From assembly GCA_963772365.1 (NCBI GenBank), contig CAVYXA010000005.1:224001-288000 (forward strand): a DNA stretch of 64,000 nucleotides. The letters are read 5' to 3'. The stretch is from an uncultured Verrucomicrobiae bacterium. GTDB taxonomy: Bacteria; Verrucomicrobiota; Verrucomicrobiia; Chthoniobacterales; UBA10450. Positions within the stretch are counted from its first letter, which is position 1; every line of letters begins with the position of its first letter. A model generated the notes under the pieces. It was not told where the DNA came from. It saw only the letters and a program-made list of their open reading frames with translations, and ran no database searches. The position numbers and the translations under genes are program-made. Of the stretch, positions 18,224 through 28,700 are shown piece by piece.

Positions 18224-19402
18224 ATGGGAATGTGGATAGGCCGGAACCGAAAAGCCCGCGTCACCTACGGGTTCGACGAGGTCGCGCTCGTGCCTGGCCG
18301 TGTGACAATTAACCCTAACGAGGTGGACACGACTTTTCGTTTGCCGCGAAAGAATGCCGAACCGCTCGGGTTGAAAATTCCGGTCCTGGCGAGTGCCATG
18401 GATGGAGTTGTCGATGTTCGGTTCGCGGTGGCCATGAGCAAGCTCGGTGGTCTGGCTGTGTTGAATCTCGAAGGAATACAAACCCGCTACAAAAATCCGC
18501 AGGAAGTTCTGCAAAAAGTAGTCGAGGCGGACAAATCGGAAGTCACTTCGCTCCTGCAGAAAATTTATCAGGAACCGATTCAAGAAAATCTCATTGCGGC
18601 GCGGGTCCGACAAATTAAAGATGGCGGAGCAGTAGCGGCGGTGAGTTCCATCCCGCAGCGGGCGGCGGAATTTGGTCAGATTGCGCAAGAGGCCGGCGCG
18701 GATGTTTTCGTCGTCCAAAGCACTGTTTCCACTGTGCGCCACATTTCATCGGAGTACAAATCGCTCGACTTGGAAAAATTTTGCCGGGAAATGCGCATTC
18801 CGGTCATTGTCGGGAACACGGTCGGCTATGATGTGACGTTTGAAATCATGGAATGCGGCCCGGCCGCGGTGCTGATCGGTGTGGGACCCGGCGCGGCGTG
18901 CACTTCCCGCGGCGTGCTCGGACTCGGTGTCCCGCAGGTCACTGCTACGGTAGATTGCGCGGCGGCGCGCGACGCTTATTTCAAGAAGACCGCGCGTTAT
19001 GTTCCGATCATCACCGATGGCGGAATGAGCCGGGGCGGCGATGTCTGCAAAGCGCTGGCTTGCGGCTCGGATGCAGTAATGATCGGCAGCGCCTTTGCCA
19101 GAGCGCAAGAAGCACCCGGATGCGGCTATCATTGGGGAATGGCCACGCCGCATGCCAATCTGCCGCGTGGGACACGCATCAAAGTCGGAACTACCGGCCC
19201 ATTAAAACAGATTCTTTTCGGACCGGCAGAAGTTGATGATGGCAGCCAAAATCTCGTCGGCGCGATTACGACCTGCATGGGAAATGTAGGCGCGCGAAAT
19301 CTGGCTGAGTTCCAGCAAACCGAAGTCATCATCGCGCCTTCGATCCGGACCGAAGGCAAGCTTTTCCAGACCGTGCAAAGCGTTGGGATGGGGACAAGCT
19401 GA
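18224..19402 (+). CDS. GuaB3-family IMP dehydrogenase-related protein
   Basis: YGFDEVALVPG, GVGPGAACTSR, DGGM, HWGMATPH; no CBS domains. Confidence 0.9.
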   Translation: MGMWIGRNRKARVTYGFDEVALVPGRVTINPNEVDTTFRLPRKNAEPLGLKIPVLASAMDGVVDVRFAVAMSKLGGLAVLNLEGIQTRYKNPQEVLQKVVEADKSEVTSLLQKIYQEPIQENLIAARVRQIKDGGAVAAVSSIPQRAAEFGQIAQEAGADVFVVQSTVSTVRHISSEYKSLDLEKFCREMRIPVIVGNTVGYDVTFEIMECGPAAVLIGVGPGAACTSRGVLGLGVPQVTATVDCAAARDAYFKKTARYVPIITDGGMSRGGDVCKALACGSDAVMIGSAFARAQEAPGCGYHWGMATPHANLPRGTRIKVGTTGPLKQILFGPAEVDDGSQNLVGAITTCMGNVGARNLAEFQQTEVIIAPSIRTEGKLFQTVQSVGMGTS

Positions 19403-19407
19403 AGCCC

Positions 19408-19521
19408 ATTTAGCGATTTTAGCGATCTGAAGATTTAGAGATTCGCTCTTGATCTCGCCTTAAATCGCTAAACCATTAAATCGCCTGATCTTTAAATCAC
19501 CAAATCGCTAAACTGCTAAAT
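19408..19521. repeat. Empty inverted-repeat element of 8-mer units (ATTTAGCG / AAATCGCT) between guaB3 and fabF
   Basis: ATTTAGCGATTTTAGCGATCTGAAGATTTAGAGAT pairs imperfectly with ATCTTTAAATCACCAAATCGCTAAACTGCTAAAT, with extra units in between. Confidence 0.8.
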
Positions 19522-20770
19522 GAACAACGATCGCAGAGTCGTCATTACCGGAATGGGCGTGATTACGCCAGTCGGCAATGATTTGGAGACGTTTTGGTCG
19601 AACTTAAAGAATGGGATCAGCGGCATTCGCCGGATCGAAGCGTTCGATACGACAGCGTACGATTGCCGGATTGGCGGCGAAGTGCGCGGATTTGATCCAA
19701 AACCATTTTTCAAGAATCCAAAAGATGTCCGGCGCACTGATCGATTCGCGCAGTTCGGATTGGCGGCGGCCAAAAAGGCACTGGAGGACGGCGGTCTTGA
19801 TGTGGAAAAAACAAGACGCGACCGCTTTGGCGTGATTGTCAGCAGCGGCATCGGCGGTCTGCGGACATTACAGGATCAGTACGCGATCTTGTTAGCGAAA
19901 GGTCCGTCCCGAACTTCGCCGTTCACCATTCCGATGCTGATCAGCAACATGGCGAGCGGAATGATCTCGATGGAATTCGGTCTGCAAGGTCCAAATCTTT
20001 GCATCGTCACGGCCTGTGCTACGTCCGCTAACGCAATCGGCGAGTCGTGGCGCATGATTAAATTCGGAGACGCTGACCTGTTTCTCGCGGGGGGTTCCGA
20101 GGCTTCCATCGTGCCCATCGGCCTGGCCGGATTTTCCGCAATGAAAGCGCTCAGCACTCGCAATGACGAGCCGGAGCGCGCCTCGCGTCCGTTCGATCGC
20201 GATCGAGATGGATTCGTTATGGGCGAAGGCGCAGGCGTGGTGATTGTCGAAGAACTGGAACATGCCAAGGCACGTGGAGCGAAGATCTATTGTGAGCTGG
20301 CCGGCTATGGATTAAGCGCAGATGCCTACCACATGACTGCCCCGCCGCCCGATGGGGAAGGGGCGGCAAGGGCGATGCGACTGGCATTGGAGCATGCGCG
20401 AATAGCGCCTGAGCAGGTCGATTATATTAACGCACATGCCACCTCCACGGACATTGGCGACGTTTGCGAAACCCGCGCGATCAAAACAGTCTTCGGCGAC
20501 CATGCGCACAAGGTTTCAATTAGCGCAACGAAATCGATGACAGGTCATTTGTTAGGCGGCGCCGGTGCCGTGGAAATGGCTGCGTGCGCCCTCAGCATTC
20601 GTGATTCGGTGGTCCCGCCGACGATTAATCTCGAGCATCCCGACGAATTGTGTGACCTCAACTATACGCCAATGGTCGCCCGGGAAAAAAGGGTCCGCGT
20701 TGTGTTAAATAATGCGTTTGGTTTTGGCGGGCACAATGCCACTCTGGTGGCAAAAGCTTTCGAAGGCTGA
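19520..20770 (+). CDS. fabF: Beta-ketoacyl-ACP synthase II
   Basis: TACATS, NAHATST, TKSMTGHLLG, FGFGGHN. Confidence 0.97.
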   Translation: MNNDRRVVITGMGVITPVGNDLETFWSNLKNGISGIRRIEAFDTTAYDCRIGGEVRGFDPKPFFKNPKDVRRTDRFAQFGLAAAKKALEDGGLDVEKTRRDRFGVIVSSGIGGLRTLQDQYAILLAKGPSRTSPFTIPMLISNMASGMISMEFGLQGPNLCIVTACATSANAIGESWRMIKFGDADLFLAGGSEASIVPIGLAGFSAMKALSTRNDEPERASRPFDRDRDGFVMGEGAGVVIVEELEHAKARGAKIYCELAGYGLSADAYHMTAPPPDGEGAARAMRLALEHARIAPEQVDYINAHATSTDIGDVCETRAIKTVFGDHAHKVSISATKSMTGHLLGGAGAVEMAACALSIRDSVVPPTINLEHPDELCDLNYTPMVAREKRVRVVLNNAFGFGGHNATLVAKAFEG

Positions 20771-20987
20771 TTTCCAGAGCATCAATCTGCGTCGGATTCC
20801 AACTTCAAGAAGCTGCTCGGTTTCAAAAAAAGATTGACTTTTTACCGCGGCTACAAATAACCTGCCAGTCCGTGCCGCCTTTCATGCGGCTTGCCGAGAC
20901 TTCTGGCGAAAAAGGCATTTTTGCCGCGTCCCGCAAGAGCAGAAAGGGCCGAGCATCGACAACTAAATCCGCAGTTAACTACATCCC

Positions 20988-23900
20988 ATGAAAAGAAAAT
21001 CCACGTCCCAATCCGCATTTTTTAATGCACGCATCTTGGTCGGCTCACTTCTTTGCCTAACCGGCATCTTTGTGGCGATCGGCGTGTATTCCGCTCAACC
21101 CAGAACCCAGACACGCGGTCCAGCGCCAGCTGTTGCTGCCGCGCCAGATGTCGTCCAAATGATCGGCCCGGTTCGTCTGAACCAGGACCTGCGCTATTTG
21201 CCGTTCGTTGCGCCGAAGCCGGAATTTGAAGAGCAAGCCCTGACCCGGTACCCGCATGGACGCGGGACAGGAGCTCGCACCCAGGAGTACCCACACGTCC
21301 AGGCATTGATCGACAACGCTCTGCGTCCGGAACCGAACATGCCGGCGCCGTTGCTCACATTTGACGGCATTGCGAGGGTAAACAGCGGATGTAATTGCGC
21401 CCCGCCTGATACCAACGGCGACGTTGGCCCTAACCATTACATTCAGGCTGTGAACGTTGCGTTTAAAATTTTCGACAAGAGCGGCAACACCCTGGCGGGC
21501 CCAACGACATATAATTCATTCTTTGCGAGTCTGACGGGCACCCCGTGCGCGAACGCGAATGATGGAGATCCGTTTGTCTTCTACGATCATCAGGCCAATC
21601 GTTGGGTGATTAGCGACTTTGCGTTTCCGTCGTTCCCGGGCAGTTCATTCTACCAGTGTATTGGTGTGTCGCAGACTGGCGACCCTGTTGCAGGGGGCTG
21701 GTATCTTTATGCCATTCAGATCGATCCCGCTAATCCCAATCTATTAGGTGATTATCCGAAGTTCGCTATGTGGAACGACGGCGGCACGCAGAACGCCTAT
21801 TTCTTCACCGTCAATTTATTTGCCAACCCCACCACGTTTAACGGCGTGCGCGCGTTTGCGCTCAACCGGACATCGATGCTTACGGGCGGCCCCGCCAATG
21901 CCATCGCTTTTACGATTCCTTTGGCCAGCTTAGGCGATACCTATAGCCTGGTCGCGGCGAATTTCCGCACTGGGAACGCACCGCCCGCGGGAAGAGACGA
22001 AATGCTTCTGGCCGTCGATAGTCCGGGCACTGAAAACGTCAGTTTGACTCAGGTCAAAGGTTGGAAGTTCCATGTCGATTTTGCTATTCCCGGAAATTCG
22101 ACACTCGGCGTGGGCGCGAACCATACTCCGAATGCGGTGATCAGCGTCAACCCGTTCGTGGACGCGTTCACCAATGCAGCTGGGTTTGCGATTGTGCCAC
22201 AGACGGGAACGGCCACGAAGTTGGACACGCTTGGCGACAAGATCATGACCCCGCTCGTTTATCAGAATATCGGCGGAACCGAATCGCTCTGGGCGGATCA
22301 GACGATCCTGCCGAATTTCCCGAACGGTCCAACCGCCGTTCGCTGGTATCAGTTCATTGTCACCGGCGGCACTTTTCCTGCCAGCGCTGCGCAGCAGCAA
22401 GATTGGACCAATGGCAACGACGGGGTATGGCGTTTCATGCCGAGCATAGCTGCGGATCAAAGCGGCAACGTGGCGATCGGGTACTCTGCCTCCAGCAGTA
22501 CCCTGAATCCAGGGATGCGATATGCCGGGCGGCTAGCTGGCGATCCAGCCAACAATCTCGGCCAGGGCGAAGCGACCATGTTTACCGGAGCCGGGAGCCA
22601 GACTTCCCCGACTCGCTGGGGCGATTACAGCATGACGACTGTCGATTCATCTGATGGGATCAGTTTCTGGCACACTAACGAATACTATGCCACGAACAGC
22701 AGCTTCAATTGGTCCACGCGCGTGGGCAAATTCCAATTCCCAGCGGGCGGGCCGTGCAATCTGGCGTGGCAGGCTGCGGCCAACATGCCGCTCGATTTCT
22801 ATGGTGGTTCCACAGCATCGAACGGCACATACGCATACGTGGCCGGTGGCTATTCCTTCAGCAGCGGTCAGAGCTTGAACTCGCTCTATCGTTATGACCC
22901 GGGTGCGAACACGTGGACAGCGCTCCCATCATATGCCGGCGCCGGGTTTATTGAGGGTTTGGCCGTCTATTATCCGACGACGAATAGAATTTATGTCTTC
23001 GGCGGTGAAGACGCGGTCAGCGGTACTAACTATAATAACACCCGTATCTTCGACATCGCGTCAGGTACGTGGCTCGCCGACGGCGCACCGATGCCGGATG
23101 TACACAGCTTCATGGCTGGCGGCTATATTCCTGCCGATGGCAAGATCTACGTCTTGAGCGGTTACAACACCGGCGACGTCACTAGTGCCCAGCCAAACAC
23201 ATGGCGATACGACCCGGTGGCGAACACCTGGACCGATCTCACCGGCACAGTGGCATATCCGCATCCAGCGGGTGGCATGGCCTTCGGCGTGATTAATAAT
23301 CATATTTATACAGCCGGTGGGCGCGACGCTGCTAATACGGTTATCAATCTTACCTACGACTTCAACCCCACTGCACTTACTTACACGCAAAAGGCGAACG
23401 AGCCCGGCACGAACAACAACGTGCCTGGAAGTGGCGTGGCGATGAACTTGTTATTCGCATTTGGCGGTGGCAATCCATTTGTCGCGCCGGGAGCGCCTTC
23501 GACAAACGCTGCATTTGGCAGACCGGAAGTGAAGGCCGGGAAGATCGAGATTCCTTCGACGACCAACAGTACAGTTGGCCTATAATCCAACGGCGGATGC
23601 CTGGCTTCCCGGGCCCAACATGACATCCATCCGGTCATTCCCAGGCGGCACGAACATCGGTAACAAGCTACTCGCGGCTGGCGGCTACAACGGATCGACC
23701 ACAGTAGCGAGCGCTGAGACGCTCAACGTTACCTGCACGCCCACTCCGACTCCGACACCGTGTCCCGGCTACACCGTCACACAGATCGGTGGAAGTATCG
23801 TGCCCGGAACGACTGACACGGGCAATCACGGTGATGACCAGACGACGGTTGTTGCTCTGCCATTCAGCTACACGCTTTACGATCAGTCGTTCAACAGCAT

Positions 23901-24859
23901 CACAGTCTCCTCGAACGGAAATGCTCAGTTTACGACTGCGGACGCGGCGTTTTCAAACGTGTGCTTACCTTGGGGCAGCCATGACTACACGGTCTTCCCA
24001 TATTGGGATGACCAGCGCACGGATACGGCAGGCTCGGGCATCTTCACGTCGGTATCGGGAACTGCACCCAATCGTATTTTCAACATCGAATGGCGCGCGA
24101 CTTACTTCAGCGGTGCCGGCAGTGCCAACTACGAGCTACGGCTGTATGAGGGGCAGACTCGCTTCGACGTGATCTACGGTACTGTGGATCAGGGGACGGC
24201 CAGCGCGACAGGCGGAGTACAAGAAGGATGACGTGAGCTATACACAATACTTCTGCAACGGCACAGGCGGTATGTCGACCGGTGGCCAAAGCTATACGCT
24301 ACCACCATGCGCCCCAACAGTAAGTAGCGCCGTTTCGCGCAAAACACACACTGGCGTAGGGCCGTTTGACATCAACCTGCCGCTGACCGGCAACCCCGGG
24401 ATTGAAGATCGGTGTATGGCGTGCGGCGTGGGCGCCAGTAACGACTACACAATCGTGGTCACCTTCACCGGCAACGTTGCCGTGACCGGCAGTCCGCAGG
24501 CTGAAGTGATATCGGGGACGGGCTGTGTGGGTAGCGGTGGTACTTGCATGGTTGGCAATAATGTCACCGTGAGCGGGGCGGTAGTAACCATCCCGTTGAC
24601 CAATGTTACGGACAACCAGACGATCATGGTGCGGCTCAATGGAGTAAACTCGGCCGCGGACGTACCTGCCGCGGATGTCGTCATTCCGATGAGAATACGT
24701 GTGGGTGACACGACTGGGGACGGCAACGTTAACTCCTCTGATATCGCGCAGACCAAGAGCCGTATCAGTGGGTCGGTTAATGCGACGACGTTCCGCTCCG
24801 ATGTGAATGCCAACGGCGCGATCAACTCGAGCGATGTCAGCGTCATCAAATCGCACTAA
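20988..24859 (+). CDS. Large secreted protein with kelch-like repeats and dockerin-like tail; two frameshifts near 23575 and 24222
   Basis: Three consecutive ORFs are joined by single-base corrections. PPDTNGDVGP, RWGDY and kelch GG...YDP...W repeats; the C-terminus matches the intact paralogue 25740..29156. Confidence 0.82.
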
Positions 24860-24877
24860 GTCAGAGTGAAGTTTGGG

Positions 24878-24936
24878 TGTGCCCCGGCGGGAACTACCGC
24901 CGGGGCACATTGCTTTTGTCGATGTGCCCATCGACA
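24878..24936 (+). terminator. GC-rich hairpin with TTGCTTTT tail and a second small hairpin
   Basis: TGTGCCCCGGCGG-GAACTA-CCGCCGGGGCACA, then TGTCGATG/CATCGACA. Confidence 0.7.
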
Positions 24937-24990
24937 GATGGACCTGCAAGTGCCGAGTCGCGCAGTCTCATCAACGTGATATGATGTTGC

Positions 24991-25467
24991 GTGACCAATG
25001 AGAAAATCAGGATGTTTTGCGCGGCATCGATGATGATCTTACTTGGTGGCATGTCCGCGCTTGCCTCTTCGCAATCGGAGTCGCCCAGTTTGGTGGGTAC
25101 TTGGAAAATCGAGATGACCTTTTCAGAAACTGGCGGCGCAGGTCTTCCACTTCCGAAGACACTGCGCTTTCAAGCGCAAGAAAATGGAACAGGTTCTTTC
25201 CAAGTACTCGATCCCAAAGCGCATTTCTGGGGAGCGGACAAATTATCAGAAGCAAAATGGAGCCGAGGCGAAGGAGATGTCATGACGTTTTCCGGCGCAA
25301 TTGAATTTCCGCTGGGCAATGTCGGGCGCGAAGCGGGAAACTTCTTGTTTAAGGGAAAATTTCAAACGCCGGACGTGATTACGGGTGACGCGGAATTCTC
25401 TCCGCTCGTCGGAGATCGTCCGTCGAGACACGGCACGTTCAAAGCGGTTCGCGCCGGCGCGAAGTGA
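24991..25467 (+). CDS. Hypothetical secreted protein
   Basis: Signal-like N-terminus, SLVGTWKI; fills the gap between two genes. Confidence 0.65.
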   Translation: MTNEKIRMFCAASMMILLGGMSALASSQSESPSLVGTWKIEMTFSETGGAGLPLPKTLRFQAQENGTGSFQVLDPKAHFWGADKLSEAKWSRGEGDVMTFSGAIEFPLGNVGREAGNFLFKGKFQTPDVITGDAEFSPLVGDRPSRHGTFKAVRAGAK

Positions 25468-25739
25468 CTTGGGGCACACCGCTCGTACTCCAAATCTCTG
25501 CAACTGCGCGGCAAAATAGTAACGAAACTGTTACCGCGCGGCGTCGTTTGCACTCTCATTTGGTTCTCTTGTCGGTTGCCTCGACCTACGCGACAAAGAA
25601 TTTTTGGGGAGCCGAATCGACACGATGGAAAAAGCGCCAGGGAAATATCATCAAAACAGAAAAATTTGATTGACGCATGCGGGGCGTTTCATCTAGAACA
25701 ATGCGTCTCACTCAAACTCTATCCACATCATAACCAATC

Positions 25740-28700
25740 ATGAAAAGAAAATCCGCCTCGCAATTTGCGTTTTTTAATCTGCGTGTCCTCATTGGACTAT
25801 GCATTATCTTCGTCGCCGCCTTCGTGGCGCTGGCCAGTCTTGGGGTCTTCTCCGCAACCGCCGGCAACATAGTCCAAGCGCTGGGCAAGCATAAGATCAT
25901 TACCCAATCCGATAACCCGCTTGTGCCCATCGGGTTTGACTGCGCCACCATCCATCAGAAGGGAATCGACAAGCAGGAAAACTTTCGGGCTGGAGCCATC
26001 ATGATGGCTTGCGGTGAATCGCCGAATGTCGGAACCACTGCTACTTCGACCCTGGGTCCGGTCGGCCGTTTTATAGAAAAAATATTGAGACCGATTGCGC
26101 CGTCTCCTCAGGCCTATGGCGCAGCTGATGTCGATGTTGTCACTGGCACCGAGACGTCTCCCCACGTCATTCAGTCGGAATCATATACTGCCGCGAACCC
26201 GGATAATCCTAATCAGGTAGTCGTCGCCTACAATGACTCACGCTGCGCCGCGAGCAGCAACTTCTCCGCCCTGTCGGTTTCTACTGACGGCGGCACCACC
26301 TTTACCCGCGTTACGAACGGCAGCGGTTGCAGCCCCTTTGCCGGTACCTCTGGTGATCCTGTCGCTCTTTACAACAAGCCGAGCGGCACCTGGTTCACAA
26401 TTTGGATCGACGGCGCCTGCGGCGGCGGCGGTATGGGCGGGTACAAGTCCAGCACCCCAGACAATCCAAATGGCTGGACCCATTTCTGCGCGCACAGCGG
26501 CAGTGGGGATGACCGAGAGTCTGGCTGGGCTGACAATAACCCGTCTTCTCCATTCTATGGGCGGATGTACATGTCCTGGAATGATTTCAACATCGGCAGC
26601 GGTGCTCTAGAGGTCACCTATTCCAGTGATAACGGTGCCACATGGCACAGCCCGATCGTAGTGAGCAACACGGCCACGTTCATCCGCGATACTCAGATTA
26701 CCGGCGACCTGTCAGGCAATGGTACCATTTACATCGCAGGTATGGATGAAGGCGGCGGTGGATTCCCCCATAACGACATCAACAAAATGTACAAATCGAC
26801 GGACGGTGGTAATACCTGGACGAATACCTACACCGGCCCCGCATTCCCGGGACCGGGCGTGACAGCTTCGGGCTATTTCGCCTGCATGTTTAATGATAGC
26901 GGTGCATTTTGGCGGCATGAAGGCTGGGGTGAGCCTGCCGCGTTCAATAACGTCGTTTCGTTGGTCTATTCCCAACACGGAACCGGCGCTGATGCGGGCG
27001 ATGTTTATTACATTCGTTCGTCGGATGGCGGCGTGACCTTCGGCGCGCCATTTAAGTTGAACAGCGATTCAACGACCCGCCCGCAATGGCAGGCTAACAT
27101 TTCGGTGAGCCCGAGTGGCACGCTCCTGGCAACTTGGTATGACGGTCGCGAGTTCGCGAGCTGCCTTAAAGGCAACGCCGCGACTCCGTGTTACAGAATG
27201 TGGTCGCGTAAATCCAACGACAATGGATTGACCTGGCAGCCTGATATGGCGTTATCGGACGCATCTAGTCCCGAACCTGGACAATCCGATGGTAATATTC
27301 AGCCGACCTATGCCGGCGATTACGACTACGGCTCGGCGATCACCCTTAAACATACGACCTCCTGGACAGACGGGCGCGTGGCGATCGGGGGCGCATCTCA
27401 GCAGGACGTCTTCACCGATAGAGAATTGGTTGGTTTTGCGGTGACTACGAGTGTTCCCGCGTGCGACAGTCTCGTCAACACTCAGCTGACTGACTTTGAT
27501 ATCAATCTGAGCGATGCGGTTGATCCTGCGACCGTTCAGGCGAGCGATTTCACGGTGAACGGAATTCCAGCGAACTCGTTTACGTTGATGAACGGCAACA
27601 CGCTGATCCGGTTCCACTTCAACAGCTCGCCGGTAGTTTTGGGTTCCAACGCGATGCATATTGCCGCGGGTGCGTTTCTCCGCATTTCTGACGGCATGCC
27701 GAACTTCGAGTTCTCGTGCTCGTTCTGTTATGCCGCGACAGCGCTACAGATCACTTCGACGAACCCGCCTGTTGGTGGCACCTTCACACCGCCGGCCCCG
27801 GGAAATTACACGTTTGACGTGAACTTCAATCAGGCCGTTGATCCAGCATCAGTGCAAACGACTGATCTGATGGTAAGCGGCAACAGTGGTCCGAGCGTGA
27901 CGGCTGTCAGCTTGATCAACGGAAACATGACCGTTCGGTTCACGTTGCACATGAACTTCGGCGGGACGCTCGACGCGAGCATTGGAGCTGGGTCGATCAC
28001 TGCGAATGGATGCAATGCTAATGCGGCCTTCTCCGGCACTTATAACGTCGCGGGTTGCCCGCCTCAGGATCACTACACGATCAGCCAAATCGGCGGCAGT
28101 ATCGTCCCGGGCACAACCGACATCGGCAATCACATTGACGATGGGGTGACGACCGTTGCACTGCCGTTCGCATACACATTGTATGGGCAGGTATATAACG
28201 CGGTGAACCTGTCATCGAACGGGAATGCCCAATTCACAACCACAGACTCGGCGTTCTCAAACGTGTGCTTGCCGTGGGCCAGCCACAACTACGCGATCTT
28301 CCCATACTGGGATGACCTGCGCACGGATACCGCTGGATCCGGCATCTTCACGTCGGTGTCGGGTAGTGCACCAAATCGTATCTTCAATATCGAATGGCGA
28401 GCCACCTACTTCAGCGGTGGCGGCAGCACTAATCACGAGTTGCGGCTCTATGAAGGCCAGGCTCGCTTCGATGTGATTTACGGCACAGTGTCGCAGGGCA
28501 ACGCCAGCGCCACAGCGGGCGTGCAGAAAGACACTGTCTTTGATCAGTACTTCTGCAACGGCTCGGGTGCGGCGGCCACTGGCGGGCAAAGCTACATCCT
28601 GCAAAGCTGCGAGGCGACCACTGTGCTAGGTGCCGTTTCGCGTAAGACGCATACCGGTGCGGGCGACTTCGACATTAACCTGCCGCTGACCGGCACACCG

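Noticed and set aside
20830..20865. Sigma70 promoter at TTGACT upstream of the large secreted gene
   Set aside because: No convincing -10 element at a suitable spacing.
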